DNA of 64,000 nucleotides from an uncultured Elusimicrobia bacterium (GTDB lineage: Bacteria; Elusimicrobiota; Endomicrobiia; DTEH01): positions 6,427-70,426 of the forward strand of contig CAZLOB010000038.1 of assembly GCA_964561135.1 (NCBI GenBank), written 5' to 3'. A program made the translations under genes and the position numbers. This document shows, piece by piece, positions 18,239-29,237 of this stretch. A model generated the notes under the pieces. It did no database searches and was not told where the DNA came from. It was given only the letters and a program-made list of their open reading frames with translations. Position 1 is the first letter of the stretch. Every line of letters begins with the position of its first letter.

Positions 18239-19757
18239 AAAAATTATAGAAAATCTAAGTATTACAAAAATTTATAATAAAGAACTGTTGGACACTACGG
18301 TCGTTTCTGGAATCAAATATAACTCAAAAGAAGTCAAAGAAGGCGATATTTTTGTATGTTTAACTGGTGAACATACGGACGGTAATTTGTTTATAAACGA
18401 AGCTGTATCTAAAGGAGCAAAGGCTATTATTACACAAAAAGAAGTAATACAACAAAAAATTAATTGTCCTATAATTGTGGTAGCTGATATAAACTCTGCT
18501 TTAGCACAAATTTCAAACAGTTTTTACGATTATCCATCAAAGAAAATTTTGTTGATAGGTGTTACTGGTACAAACGGAAAAACAACTGTTTGTTATTTGT
18601 TAGAATCGATTTTTTCAGCAGCTGGATACAAAACTGGAGTTATTGGAACAATTAATTATAGATACAATACAAAATTGTTCGAAGCTATACACACAACACC
18701 GTTTTCTTGCGACCTTCAAAAGATTCTTTATGAGATGGTCAAAGAAAAAATAGAAGTTGTGATAATGGAAGTGTCTTCTCATTCTTTAGTTCAGAAACGT
18801 GTTGAAGGATGTGAATTTGATATTGCTATTTTCACGAATTTGTCTTCGGAACATTTGGATTATCATAAAACAATGGAGAACTATTTTGAAGCAAAAAGTT
18901 TGTTGTTTAAAAACCTAAAAGAAGAAAAAAAAGAAATTTTTGCTAATTCAAGCTTAGGTAATAAAACTTGTGTAATAAATTATAAAGATGAATATGGAAA
19001 AAAACTTATAAATCTGTGTAGCATAAAGAATATTTTACTTTATCGTATAAACAATAAAAATAATAAAAATGGTAACTATCCAATATTTTCTGCAATAAAT
19101 ATAAAATATTCTCCTCTATCAACAGAATTTGAAATTATTAACTGTTTAAACAAAATAAAAATTTATTCAAACCTTATTGGGAAATTCAATGTTGAGAATA
19201 TCTTAGCTGCGTTTGTAGCTGCTTATTCACAAAAAATTGATGTAAATACTATTGTAGAAGGTATAAAAAATGTGAAGTGTATTCCTGGAAGATTAGAAAA
19301 GGTTGAAATACCAGCAAATTTTTCTGTAATAATTGATTATGCTCACACTCCTGATGCTTTAGAAAAAGTACTTAAAACATTAAAATCTATCCCACATAGA
19401 AAACTAATTGTTGTTTTTGGTTGTGGAGGAGACAGAGATAGAAGTAAACGGCCAATAATGGGCTCAATCGCTACAACAATAGCTGATTATGTTATTGTAA
19501 CTTCTGATAATCCAAGGACAGAAGATCCTAACAAAATTTTATTAGATATAGAACTTGGTATTAAGAAAGCAGGAAATACAAATTATGAAATCATACCTAA
19601 TAGAAAAGACGCGATATTTAAAGCGTTATCTATTGCTTCAGATAATGATATAGTTCTTTTAGCTGGTAAAGGACACGAAACCTACCAAATTATTGGTACA
19701 CAAAAAATACATTTTGATGAACGCGAAGTTGTCTACGAATTTTTTAACAAAAAATGA
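18222..19757 (+). CDS. murE: UDP-MurNAc-L-Ala-D-Glu:meso-diaminopimelate ligase MurE
   Basis: GVTGTNGKTT P-loop; DNPRTEDP (the DNPR motif specific to meso-DAP-adding MurE); cluster position. Confidence 0.85.
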   Translation: MQKHIKKIIENLSITKIYNKELLDTTVVSGIKYNSKEVKEGDIFVCLTGEHTDGNLFINEAVSKGAKAIITQKEVIQQKINCPIIVVADINSALAQISNSFYDYPSKKILLIGVTGTNGKTTVCYLLESIFSAAGYKTGVIGTINYRYNTKLFEAIHTTPFSCDLQKILYEMVKEKIEVVIMEVSSHSLVQKRVEGCEFDIAIFTNLSSEHLDYHKTMENYFEAKSLLFKNLKEEKKEIFANSSLGNKTCVINYKDEYGKKLINLCSIKNILLYRINNKNNKNGNYPIFSAINIKYSPLSTEFEIINCLNKIKIYSNLIGKFNVENILAAFVAAYSQKIDVNTIVEGIKNVKCIPGRLEKVEIPANFSVIIDYAHTPDALEKVLKTLKSIPHRKLIVVFGCGGDRDRSKRPIMGSIATTIADYVIVTSDNPRTEDPNKILLDIELGIKKAGNTNYEIIPNRKDAIFKALSIASDNDIVLLAGKGHETYQIIGTQKIHFDEREVVYEFFNKK

Positions 19758-21190
19758 ATTTTAAACTAAAAAATAAAATATCGATCAGCAAATTTTTAGA
19801 AATAACATCAGCTAATATTTTGTCTCCATTAAAACAAAACTATTATATTTCAAAAGTTGTCACTGATACACGAACATATGAAGGTAAAGGAGGTATATTT
19901 TTTGCAATAAAAGGAAAAAAATTTGATGGTCATAATTTTATAAATCAAATAATTGACAAAATAGATTTTGTTGTAATTTCTGACCCAAATTTTATTATTG
20001 AAAGAAAAAAACAGAAGTTTATTATTGTAAAAGACACGGTTTTAGCATTAGATAATTTAGCTCAATTATACAAAAATTCCTTTCCAAATGTAAAAACTAT
20101 AGCTGTTGTTGGAAGTAATGGCAAAACTACTACAAAAGAATTGATCAAATTTGTTTTATCAAAAAAATATGATGTGGTTTCAACATACCAAAATCAAAAC
20201 AACTTAATTGGTACTGCTTACACTTTATTCTCAATTTCTTCTAAAACTGAATATTGTATATTAGAACTTGGCATATCACTTCCAGAAGAAATGGATATTC
20301 TTGGTAAAACTGTCCAACCAGATTGTGTTGTCATGACAAACATTGGCAGAGAGCATCTTGAATTTTTAAAAACAATAGAAAATGTTTTCCAAGAAGAAAA
20401 AAAAATAATAAATTATTTAAAAGAGAATGGTATCTTAATTTTAAACAAAGACGATGCTTATCTAAAAACCATCCATTGGACTGGTAATAAAAAGTGTTAT
20501 GGAATATATAATTTTGCAAATAATTTAGATGTTTACACTGAAGATATTAAATTTTATTCATCACATACAGAAATCAAAGTCGTTCTACATGACATTTTGG
20601 GACTAATATTTAGACTGCCAACTATTAAAACAAAACTTATGGGTATCTATAATGTATACAACATTCTTGCTTGCATAACTTGTACATATTTTTTCTGCAC
20701 AGAAGATCTAAATTTTATTTGTGAATCTATAAATGAATTCGAACCCATTCTAATGCGTGGCACACGTTTTGAACTTAATGGTAACATAATTATTGATGAA
20801 AGTTACAATGCCAACCCTGATTCTATGCAAATCACAATAACTGAATTTCTTAAAATTTTCAAAGATAAACAAAAAATTTTAGTATTGGGTGATATGTTAG
20901 AACTTGGAGAACATTCTGTTGGTGAACATTTGAAACTTAAAAACTACATTGATTTTGATCGTATTCATTCTCTTTATTTGATTGGTGAAAATATGAAACT
21001 ATTATACGACAGTTTACCACAAAAATATAAAGAAATAACAAAGCATTACTTTGACAAAAATTCTTTATTAAACGATTTAAAAAATCTTGTTTTAACAAAC
21101 AAAGGATTATATATATTATTTAAATCATCTCATGCGGTAGGTTTATCAGAAGTTGTTGAAAATTTAAAAAAATTGAAACAACAAACATGA
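19754..21190 (+). CDS. murF: UDP-MurNAc-tripeptide:D-Ala-D-Ala ligase MurF
   Basis: AVVGSNGKTTTKE P-loop; Mur ligase middle and C-terminal domains; cluster position. Confidence 0.85.
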   Translation: MNFKLKNKISISKFLEITSANILSPLKQNYYISKVVTDTRTYEGKGGIFFAIKGKKFDGHNFINQIIDKIDFVVISDPNFIIERKKQKFIIVKDTVLALDNLAQLYKNSFPNVKTIAVVGSNGKTTTKELIKFVLSKKYDVVSTYQNQNNLIGTAYTLFSISSKTEYCILELGISLPEEMDILGKTVQPDCVVMTNIGREHLEFLKTIENVFQEEKKIINYLKENGILILNKDDAYLKTIHWTGNKKCYGIYNFANNLDVYTEDIKFYSSHTEIKVVLHDILGLIFRLPTIKTKLMGIYNVYNILACITCTYFFCTEDLNFICESINEFEPILMRGTRFELNGNIIIDESYNANPDSMQITITEFLKIFKDKQKILVLGDMLELGEHSVGEHLKLKNYIDFDRIHSLYLIGENMKLLYDSLPQKYKEITKHYFDKNSLLNDLKNLVLTNKGLYILFKSSHAVGLSEVVENLKKLKQQT

Positions 21191-22266
21191 TATACTATTT
21201 GTCGAACTTATCAACAATATTTTTTGCATTTAATATTTTTAGATATATTACTTTTAGAGCATTTTTAGGATTTTTGATTGGTTTTATTATTTGTATAATT
21301 ATTATGCCTAAATTTATAAAATATGTAAAATCAAAACAGTTTGTACAAACCATACGTGAAGACGGTCCAAAAACACATTTTTCTAAACAACACACACCTA
21401 CGATGGGTGGTGTTGTTATTCTTGTTTCGTTAGTTATATCTATTATTCTAACAGCTAGATTGAATAGGTTCGTAATATGGTGTATTTTAACCATAATTTA
21501 TCTTGGAATATTAGGTTTCATTGACGATTATTTAAAGATTATAAAAAAACATCCCCGCGGTGTCTCTGCAAAATATAAACTTTTATTCCAAACAATTTTT
21601 GCTTTAATTTTATGTATATACTTATATATTCATCCAGCTAACTACCACTACATGTCTCATCTACATATCCCTTATCTAAAACAAACATTTATCAATTTAG
21701 GCATTTTTTATTTTTTAATAATAATGCTTACTTTTATTGGTGCATCTAACGGTATAAATCTTGCTGATGGTCTTGACGGGTTAGCTATAGGTAATATAAT
21801 TTTTGTAAGTATAACATATGCAATTTTAAGTTATGTTGCAGGAAACTACAAAATCTCTTCTTACTTAAAATTAATTTATGTAGCGGGAAGCGGTGAGTTA
21901 TCTATTGTTTTAGCATGTCTAGCTGGAGTTGGATTAGGATTTTTGTGGTACAATTCGTATCCAGCATCAATTTTTATGGGCGATACTGGATCACTTTTTT
22001 TAGGTGGACTTATAGGCATTATAGCTGTTTTTATAAAACAAGAGCTGCTACTTATAATTGCAGGAGGTATTTTTGTTGCCGAGGCTTTATCTGTTATTCT
22101 ACAAGTAGTTTATTACAAAAAAACAAAAAGACGTATTTTCCTTATGGCACCGTTACACCATCATTATGAACTTAAAGGTTATCCTGAACCAAAAATTACA
22201 GTAAGATTTTGGATAATAAGTATATTATTATCAGTAATTGCCTTAGCTTCGTTAAAAATACGATAA
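21187..22266 (+). CDS. mraY: Phospho-MurNAc-pentapeptide translocase MraY
   Basis: ASNGINLADGLDGLAIG; DTGSLFLGG; PLHHHYELKG. Hallmark MraY motifs. Confidence 0.9.
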   Translation: MIYYLSNLSTIFFAFNIFRYITFRAFLGFLIGFIICIIIMPKFIKYVKSKQFVQTIREDGPKTHFSKQHTPTMGGVVILVSLVISIILTARLNRFVIWCILTIIYLGILGFIDDYLKIIKKHPRGVSAKYKLLFQTIFALILCIYLYIHPANYHYMSHLHIPYLKQTFINLGIFYFLIIMLTFIGASNGINLADGLDGLAIGNIIFVSITYAILSYVAGNYKISSYLKLIYVAGSGELSIVLACLAGVGLGFLWYNSYPASIFMGDTGSLFLGGLIGIIAVFIKQELLLIIAGGIFVAEALSVILQVVYYKKTKRRIFLMAPLHHHYELKGYPEPKITVRFWIISILLSVIALASLKIR

Positions 22267-22268
22267 AA

Positions 22269-23633
22269 ATGATTGAAACATACAAAAAAATAGGATTATT
22301 AGGTTTAGGGATTAGTAATTTATATCTTGCGAACTATTTAGCTAAGTTGGGATACAAAGTTTTTGTAACTGAAGAATTACATAAAGAAAAAATAAAAAAA
22401 CAAATTGATAAACTTGACCCAACAGTTGAATATGAATGTGGAGGACATAGCGAAAAAATTTTGAATTGTGACTTAATAATAAGGTCGCCTAGTATCCCAT
22501 ACCACCACTTCTTAATCGAACAAGCAATAAAAAAAGGCATTCCTATTTTTACAGAACTTGAGTTCACATATCAGATACTAAAATATAAAACAAAAAAACA
22601 TCCGATAATCGTTGCAATAACAGGTACTAACGGAAAAACAACAACAGTATCTTTATTAAGTAACATCTGTCAAAACTATAAAAAAACTGTTGTTTGTGGA
22701 AATATTGGAGAACCATTTGTAAAATTTATCAATGATATTGACAACGAAACAATTGTAGTAATTGAAGTTTCAAGTTATCAATTAGAAGATATCATAGAAT
22801 TTAAGCCTGACATAGGTTGTATTCTAAATATTACAGAAGATCATTTGGAACATCACAAATCAATGCAAAACTATATTAATGCAAAATTTAATCTTTTCAA
22901 AAACCAAGATAATAATAACTTTGCTGTAGTAAACTATGACGATGAAAACATAAAAAAATTTATCCACAGAATTGAAAAATCTAACATATTTTTTTTCAGT
23001 ACAGAAACTTATATTAGCAATGGTGCATGGTTGGACAAAAAAAATATGCAGGTTATAATAAATTCAAAATTTGACAACTCTTGCGTCAAAATAGAAACAT
23101 CTCTTGTTGGAGAACATAATTTACAAAATCTTACAGCAGCAGTATGTTGTAGTAGATTATTAAAAATTCCTACAAATATTATTGAGGAAACAATAAAAAA
23201 TTTCAAAGGTGTAGAACACAGGTTGGAATTTGTCCGCAAATTAAACGATGTTATTTTTATTAATGATTCAAAATCTACTAATGTTAATTCTACACTTGTT
23301 GCTTTAAAAAGTTTTTCTAAACCAATCCATTTAATACTTGGTGGTAGAGACAAAGGTTCACCATATACGCCGCTTATCCCTTTTATTAAAGAAAAAGTGA
23401 AAAGCATCCTTCTTATTGGTGAAGCAACTGAAATTATATATAGTCAATTAAAAAATGTTGAATCTTGTTCTATTTACAAATGTGAAACTTTAGAAAATGC
23501 AGTTAAAAAAGCTTATGAAATTGCAAAAGCAGGTGATATAGTCCTTTTATCTCCGGCATGCAGTTCGTTTGACCAGTTTGAAAATTTTGAACATCGTGGC
23601 AGGATTTTTAAACAATTAGTAAATTCGTTATGA
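22269..23633 (+). CDS. murD: UDP-MurNAc-L-Ala:D-Glu ligase MurD
   Basis: Start at internal MIETYKKIGLLGLGISN (the ORF-track start at 22209 would overlap mraY). ITGTNGKTTT P-loop. Confidence 0.85.
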   Translation: MIETYKKIGLLGLGISNLYLANYLAKLGYKVFVTEELHKEKIKKQIDKLDPTVEYECGGHSEKILNCDLIIRSPSIPYHHFLIEQAIKKGIPIFTELEFTYQILKYKTKKHPIIVAITGTNGKTTTVSLLSNICQNYKKTVVCGNIGEPFVKFINDIDNETIVVIEVSSYQLEDIIEFKPDIGCILNITEDHLEHHKSMQNYINAKFNLFKNQDNNNFAVVNYDDENIKKFIHRIEKSNIFFFSTETYISNGAWLDKKNMQVIINSKFDNSCVKIETSLVGEHNLQNLTAAVCCSRLLKIPTNIIEETIKNFKGVEHRLEFVRKLNDVIFINDSKSTNVNSTLVALKSFSKPIHLILGGRDKGSPYTPLIPFIKEKVKSILLIGEATEIIYSQLKNVESCSIYKCETLENAVKKAYEIAKAGDIVLLSPACSSFDQFENFEHRGRIFKQLVNSL

Positions 23634-24745
23634 CAAAATTACAATCTGAATTAAATAAAATTCCCAAATTGTATTGCTATAATGGGTTATTTTTTATTTC
23701 AATAATTTTATCTATTTTTGGTTGCTTAATGTTGTTTTCAGCAACTGTGTGTAAAACAACTCCAACATATATATTTATCAAAAAACAAATAATCGCGTTT
23801 GTTATCGGGATATCGATATGTATTATTTTTGCAAATATTAATCACACCACTGTTTTAAAAAAGCTAACATACCCTTTATGTGTTTTTACCTTTTTATTAC
23901 TTATCATTGTCTTATTTTTCCCAAAGGTAAAAGGTGCTCATAGATGGATACAAATACCGTTTTTTGGTTCATTTCAACCTTCAGAACTTGCTAGGATAAC
24001 TTCGGTGTTGCTCACAGCAAAATTTTTAGATAAATACAGAAGTAAAATAACAAATGGTAAAAAAGAATTTTGGATTTTAAACAGTATAATTTTTTTATTT
24101 TGTTTTTTAATTTTGCTTCAACCTGATGCTGGCATACCAATGATAATTTTTATTACAACTTTTTCACTTTTTTTCTGTTATTCTGTAAAAATAAGACATT
24201 TGTTTAAGATAGGAATGGTGATTATTTTAATATTTTTAATTGCTTTATCTTCGCAACGATATAGAGTTGAAAGAATTTTATCTTTAGACGATTCAAAAAA
24301 CCCTTATTCTTATCAAATTAAACAATCAATTTTTGCGTTATCTAAAGGAGGTTTTTTAGGTTGTGGTATTGGAAAAGGTTTGTTTAAAGAGTACTACTTA
24401 CCCGAGTACCATACTGATTTTATGTTCTCGATGATAGGTGAAGAAATTGGTTTCATAGGAAGTGTTGCAACTATTATTTTTTATGTTATTTTATCAATAC
24501 TTGGATTTTCTATTGCATATAAAACATCTTTAACATATCAAGGATATTACGGCAGTATATTATCTTTAGGACTAACCTTAAACATTATAATACAAGCTTT
24601 TATGAGCATAGCGGTAGCAACAAAGATTTTTTTACCAAAAGGTATTGGTCTTCCGTTTATTTCTTATGGTGGTACTTCGTTAATTATGAACTTTTTAAGT
24701 ATAGGAATTATTTTAAATATTTGTAAGACAAAGTTGTTAAAATGA
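23630..24745 (+). CDS. ftsW: SEDS-family peptidoglycan glycosyltransferase FtsW
   Basis: Ten predicted TMs and a SEDS-like layout; located between murD and murG. Confidence 0.8.
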   Translation: MTKLQSELNKIPKLYCYNGLFFISIILSIFGCLMLFSATVCKTTPTYIFIKKQIIAFVIGISICIIFANINHTTVLKKLTYPLCVFTFLLLIIVLFFPKVKGAHRWIQIPFFGSFQPSELARITSVLLTAKFLDKYRSKITNGKKEFWILNSIIFLFCFLILLQPDAGIPMIIFITTFSLFFCYSVKIRHLFKIGMVIILIFLIALSSQRYRVERILSLDDSKNPYSYQIKQSIFALSKGGFLGCGIGKGLFKEYYLPEYHTDFMFSMIGEEIGFIGSVATIIFYVILSILGFSIAYKTSLTYQGYYGSILSLGLTLNIIIQAFMSIAVATKIFLPKGIGLPFISYGGTSLIMNFLSIGIILNICKTKLLK

Positions 24746-25863
24746 AACTTCTTGTTGTTACCTCTCCTACAGGCGGACATTTTTATCCTGCTATAGAAGT
24801 TTGTAAGAAACTTCTACCTTATTGTGAACAAATAATTTTTGTAGTCCAAAAAAGTACTAAATTTCTTAATATAATTCAGCAAGAATTTAAAGAGTTACAA
24901 AAAATAAAAATTGAATTTGTAACAGCTCCAAAGTTTCCTCGTAAAAATTTATTATTATTTTTCAAATTTTTCTTTTTGTTTTTCTCTTCGTTAATAGAAA
25001 CTTTCGTAATCTTGTTGAAATACAAACCAGAAATAATTTTTTCTACAGGCGGATATACTTCAGTCCCTGTAATTTTAAGTAGTAAACTTTTATTCCCATT
25101 TATACCAATTGTGATACATGAACAGAATTGTGTTGCAAGTTTAACAACAAAGTTTTTATCAATCATAGCAACTAAAGTATGTACAGGTTTTGAAATTAAA
25201 AAAAATAAAAAATATATTTATACTGGAAACCCTATTAGAGAGAAATTTCTTTTAAAAGTTTCAAAGGAAGAAACTATAAAACAAATAAATTTTGATGAAA
25301 ACAAACTTATTTTATTAGTTTTTGGTGGCTCTCAAGGTGCTCAAAGTATAAATAATGTTGTAACAAAATTCCTTAAAGAAAATAAAGAACTTAATTTACA
25401 AGTTGTTCATATTACTGGACAATTTGATTTCTCTAATGTAATAACAAAATATCAAACAATAAATATCAAAAATTTGGTGTTGCCTTATACTGAAAATATT
25501 CATAAGTTTTACACAATTGCAGATCTTGTTATATGTCGTGCAGGTGCTATGACTATCACAGAACTTATCTACTTTAAAAAACCAGCAATATTAATCCCGC
25601 TACCAATAGCAGCTGAGTTACATCAAAATTATAACGCTGAATTTTTAAGAAAACATGGATGCGCAAAAATTGTATATCAACGTGGCAACTGGTATACAAA
25701 ATTTAGCAAAGTTTTATTAGATTTAATCACAAATCCTCAAAAGATAACTGAAATGCAAAAAAATTATGATTCAATTCAACAACCATTTGTTAGTATTGAC
25801 ACCGTAATAAAAAAAATATATAACAAAAAATATGCAAAAAGAACAAAATGTAATAATTTATAA
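24742..25863 (+). CDS. murG: UDP-GlcNAc:lipid I GlcNAc transferase MurG
   Basis: N-terminal TSPTGGHFYPAIEV (G-loop); C-terminal ICRAGAMTITEL. Confidence 0.85.
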   Translation: MKLLVVTSPTGGHFYPAIEVCKKLLPYCEQIIFVVQKSTKFLNIIQQEFKELQKIKIEFVTAPKFPRKNLLLFFKFFFLFFSSLIETFVILLKYKPEIIFSTGGYTSVPVILSSKLLFPFIPIVIHEQNCVASLTTKFLSIIATKVCTGFEIKKNKKYIYTGNPIREKFLLKVSKEETIKQINFDENKLILLVFGGSQGAQSINNVVTKFLKENKELNLQVVHITGQFDFSNVITKYQTINIKNLVLPYTENIHKFYTIADLVICRAGAMTITELIYFKKPAILIPLPIAAELHQNYNAEFLRKHGCAKIVYQRGNWYTKFSKVLLDLITNPQKITEMQKNYDSIQQPFVSIDTVIKKIYNKKYAKRTKCNNL

Positions 25864-26476
25864 CAAAAAACTGTTAGAAACTTTACAAAAAAATCTTATT
25901 AAAAACGGTTTTGAAACAAAAGTTTTTGACGATATTGATTCTGCCAAAACATATATTTGTTCTAAAATAGGAAAAGACAAAACAATTGGTATTGGTGGGT
26001 CACAAACAGTACGCAGTATTGGTTTATTAGATGAACTTAAATCTTTAGGAAATAAAATCATAACCCACACTTCTGAAATGGACGCTCAAACAAGAATTAA
26101 TGTTTGGCTTGAAGCACAAAGAGCAGATTTTTATCTTGCCTCACCACAGGCTGTCACGATAAACGGAGAACTTATTTTCATTGATGCTTATGGTAACAGA
26201 GTAGCAGCTTGTATTTTTGGTCCTAAAAAAGTTTTTCTTATATGTGGTGTTAATAAAATAGTAAAAGATATAGAAACTGGCATTTGGCGTGCAAGAAATG
26301 TTTCTGCTGTTATAAACAACATTCGTCTTAAACGTAACAATCCATGTATCACAACAGGTTTTTGCCAAGATTGTGATTCAAAAACAAGAATATGTAATAT
26401 TCTTGTTGTACTTTATAAGAGACCTCAATATACAGATTATGAAATACTTTTAATAAACGAAAATTTAGGATTCTGA
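25832..26476 (+). CDS. LUD-domain (LutC/YkgG-like) protein
   Basis: FYLASPQAVTINGELIFIDAYGNRVAACIFGPKKVFLICGVNKIVKDIE resembles the LUD/DUF162 core. Cys-rich C-terminus. Overlaps the murG 3' end by 32 nt. Confidence 0.4.
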   Translation: MQKEQNVIIYNKKLLETLQKNLIKNGFETKVFDDIDSAKTYICSKIGKDKTIGIGGSQTVRSIGLLDELKSLGNKIITHTSEMDAQTRINVWLEAQRADFYLASPQAVTINGELIFIDAYGNRVAACIFGPKKVFLICGVNKIVKDIETGIWRARNVSAVINNIRLKRNNPCITTGFCQDCDSKTRICNILVVLYKRPQYTDYEILLINENLGF

Positions 26477-26478
26477 AA

Positions 26479-27006
26479 ATGAAAGTGATACTAAAAGAAG
26501 AACAAATTAAAAAGATAATTCATACACTTGCAAAAAAAGTTATAAAAAAATATAAAAATCTTAACAACCTTGTTATTATTGGAATACATACAAATGGAGT
26601 ATATATTGCCCAACGTCTTATAGAGAAAATTAAAAAATTAACAAAAAAGACAATAAAATTAGGTTATCTTGACATAACTTTTTATCGTGATGATATTGGA
26701 TATAAGAAAGAAATACTTCAACCAAAAGAAACAAAAATTGATTTTGATATAACAGACAAAGATGTTCTTTTAGTAGATGATGTTATTTATACCGGAAGGA
26801 CGATTCGTGCAGCAATGGACCAAATACTTGAAGTTGGTCGTCCAAAAAGTATTTCTGTATTAGTTTTAATTGACCGTGGTTTAAGAGAATTACCAATTTT
26901 TGCAGAATTTGTGGGTAAAAAAATTAAAACTACACACACACAACAAATTGAACTATTGTTAAAAGAAACCGGTGGCAATGACACGATAGTTTTATATAAA
27001 AAATAA
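26479..27006 (+). CDS. pyrR: Bifunctional pyrimidine operon regulator / uracil phosphoribosyltransferase PyrR
   Basis: PRPP-binding motif [19 protein letters not shown]. Confidence 0.85.
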   Translation: MKVILKEEQIKKIIHTLAKKVIKKYKNLNNLVIIGIHTNGVYIAQRLIEKIKKLTKKTIKLGYLDITFYRDDIGYKKEILQPKETKIDFDITDKDVLLVDDVIYTGRTIRAAMDQILEVGRPKSISVLVLIDRGLRELPIFAEFVGKKIKTTHTQQIELLLKETGGNDTIVLYKK

Positions 27007-27007
27007 T

Positions 27008-27955
27008 ATGTTGAAACAAACCTACAAGTTTAATCACAAACATCTATTAGGTTTAGAACATCTATCAAAAGAAGATATTGAACTTATCCTTGAGACTGCG
27101 AAACCTTTTAAAACAATTTTTACAAGAACTATAAAAAAAGTTCCTACTTTAAGAGGTAGAAGTGTTGTCTTGTTGTTTTATGAACCTTCTACAAGAACAC
27201 GAACTTCTTTTGAACTCGCTGCAAAACGTCTTTCTGCTGATACTGTCAACATAGCAGTACAAACATCAAGTGTACAAAAAGGTGAGTCATTAATAGATAC
27301 AGCAAAAACATTAGAATCAATGAAAGCAGATTTTATTGTTATTCGTCATTTTTTTTCAGGTGCACCATATCTTTTAGCAGAAAATGTTTCTTCTTCTATA
27401 ATCAACGCTGGAGATGGGTTTCATGAACATCCGACACAGGGACTTCTTGATATTTTTACAATAAAAGAAAAAAAGGGTAAAATTGAAAATTTAAAAATAG
27501 TTATTGTTGGCGATATTTTACACAGTCGTGTTGCAAGGTCTAATCTCTGGGGGTTAACAAAACTTAAAGCTAAGATAGTTCTTTGTGGTCCTCCAACACT
27601 TATACCAAAAGATATTGACAAAATTTTTCCACAAATTGATATTGAATATAATTTAGACAAAGCTATAAAAGATGCTGATGTGATTAATATCTTAAGAGTA
27701 CAGTTTGAACGACAGCTTGAACATTTATTTCCTTCAGTAAGAGAATATAGTTTGCTTTATGGTATGACAAAAGAACGTCTTGCTAAAGCAAAAAATAATG
27801 TATTGATCCTTCATCCGGGACCGATGAACCGCGGAATAGAAATTACGACTGATGTAGCAGATAGTATAAACTCAGTGATAAATGAACAAGTAACAAATGG
27901 AATAGCTGTACGTATGTCTGTTTTGTATCTTTTATCTTTAACACAACAAAAATGA
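27008..27955 (+). CDS. pyrB: Aspartate carbamoyltransferase catalytic subunit
   Basis: STRTR ([11 protein letters not shown]), HPTQ ([11 protein letters not shown]), HPGP ([10 protein letters not shown]). Confidence 0.9.
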   Translation: MLKQTYKFNHKHLLGLEHLSKEDIELILETAKPFKTIFTRTIKKVPTLRGRSVVLLFYEPSTRTRTSFELAAKRLSADTVNIAVQTSSVQKGESLIDTAKTLESMKADFIVIRHFFSGAPYLLAENVSSSIINAGDGFHEHPTQGLLDIFTIKEKKGKIENLKIVIVGDILHSRVARSNLWGLTKLKAKIVLCGPPTLIPKDIDKIFPQIDIEYNLDKAIKDADVINILRVQFERQLEHLFPSVREYSLLYGMTKERLAKAKNNVLILHPGPMNRGIEITTDVADSINSVINEQVTNGIAVRMSVLYLLSLTQQK

Positions 27956-29232
27956 AGCTTTTAATCAAAAATGGTATTGTAGTAGAACCTTCAAAAAAAT
28001 TGCAGCAACAATTAGATGTATTAATAGATAATGGTAAAATTGTAAAAATAGCAAAAAAAATTGATTTAAAAGAAAAAACAGAAATAATAAATGCAAAAAA
28101 TTGTATTGTATGTCCAGGACTGATAGATATTCATACACATCTTCGTGAACCTGGTAACGAAGAAGAAGAAACAATTGCTACCGGAACAAAATCAGCAGCA
28201 GCTGGTGGGTTTACAACTGTATTTTGTATGCCAAATACTAACCCACCTATAGACAATCAAGCAACAGTAGAACTTGTAATGCTTAAAGCAAAAAATGAAG
28301 GAGTAATAAATGTTCTCCCTATTGGATGTATAACAAAACAACGTAAAGGTGAAGAACTTACTGAAATTGGCGAACTTAAGAACGCTGGTGTTGTAGCAAT
28401 TTCTGATGATGGTTCACCAGTGAAAAATTCTAAAATAATGCGTCGTGCTTTAGAATATGCGAAAATGTTTGATTTGGTTGTTATCTCGCATTGTGAAGAT
28501 ACTGATTTAAGTAAAGATGGAGTTATAAACGAAGGAAAAGTTTCAACACAACTTGGTCTTCGTGGTATACCTAAAGAAGCAGAAGAAATTATGGTAATTC
28601 GTGATATAATTTTAGCATCTTTAACACAAAGCAGGCTTCATATTACCCATGTCTCAACAAAAGGAGCAATAGAATTTATTCGTCAAGCTAAAAAAAATGG
28701 TGTAAAAATTACCTGCGACGTCACACCACACCATTTTGTGTTAACTGAAGAGAAACTTTTAGAACGACCATATGATACAAATTTAAAGATGAACCCTCCA
28801 CTTAGAACACAGGAAGATGTCAATGCTATAATTGATGGGTTAAAAAATGATGTTATTGATTGTATATCTTCTGACCATGCACCACATACTATAGAAGAAA
28901 AAAACAAAGAATTTGATTTAGCCCCTTTTGGTATTATTGGATTGGAAACAGTTCTACCTTTATGTATTACTTATCTTTATCACTTACATAAAATTCCTTT
29001 AATAAAACTATTAGAAAAATTAACAACAAATCCAGCAAAAATCTTTAACTTGAAAACTAAAGGAAGAATAGATGAAGGTTTTGATGCTGATATAACAATT
29101 TTTTCTTTAGACGAAGAGTTTGTTGTTAAAAAATTTTATTCAAAAAGTACTAACTCACCTTTTATCGGATGGAAACTAAAAGGTAAAATAAAATATACGA
29201 TTTGTAACGGAAAAGTTGTTTTTAAAGACTAA
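27952..29232 (+). CDS. pyrC: Dihydroorotase (class I)
   Basis: [10 protein letters not shown]; [10 protein letters not shown]; size and order after pyrB. Confidence 0.9.
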   Translation: MKLLIKNGIVVEPSKKLQQQLDVLIDNGKIVKIAKKIDLKEKTEIINAKNCIVCPGLIDIHTHLREPGNEEEETIATGTKSAAAGGFTTVFCMPNTNPPIDNQATVELVMLKAKNEGVINVLPIGCITKQRKGEELTEIGELKNAGVVAISDDGSPVKNSKIMRRALEYAKMFDLVVISHCEDTDLSKDGVINEGKVSTQLGLRGIPKEAEEIMVIRDIILASLTQSRLHITHVSTKGAIEFIRQAKKNGVKITCDVTPHHFVLTEEKLLERPYDTNLKMNPPLRTQEDVNAIIDGLKNDVIDCISSDHAPHTIEEKNKEFDLAPFGIIGLETVLPLCITYLYHLHKIPLIKLLEKLTTNPAKIFNLKTKGRIDEGFDADITIFSLDEEFVVKKFYSKSTNSPFIGWKLKGKIKYTICNGKVVFKD

Positions 29233-29237
29233 AAGAT

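Noticed and set aside
21915-22169. 84-aa plus-strand ORF inside mraY
   Set aside because: An alternate frame of mraY. mraY carries all conserved motifs in its own frame.
26400-26480. Expected PyrR-binding RNA attenuator (ARUCCNGNGAGGYU loop) upstream of pyrR or pyrB
   Set aside because: I looked for the conserved binding-loop motif in the short spacers (murG/LUD to pyrR, and pyrR to pyrB with its 1-nt gap) and did not find it. Regulation here may be lost, or located elsewhere.
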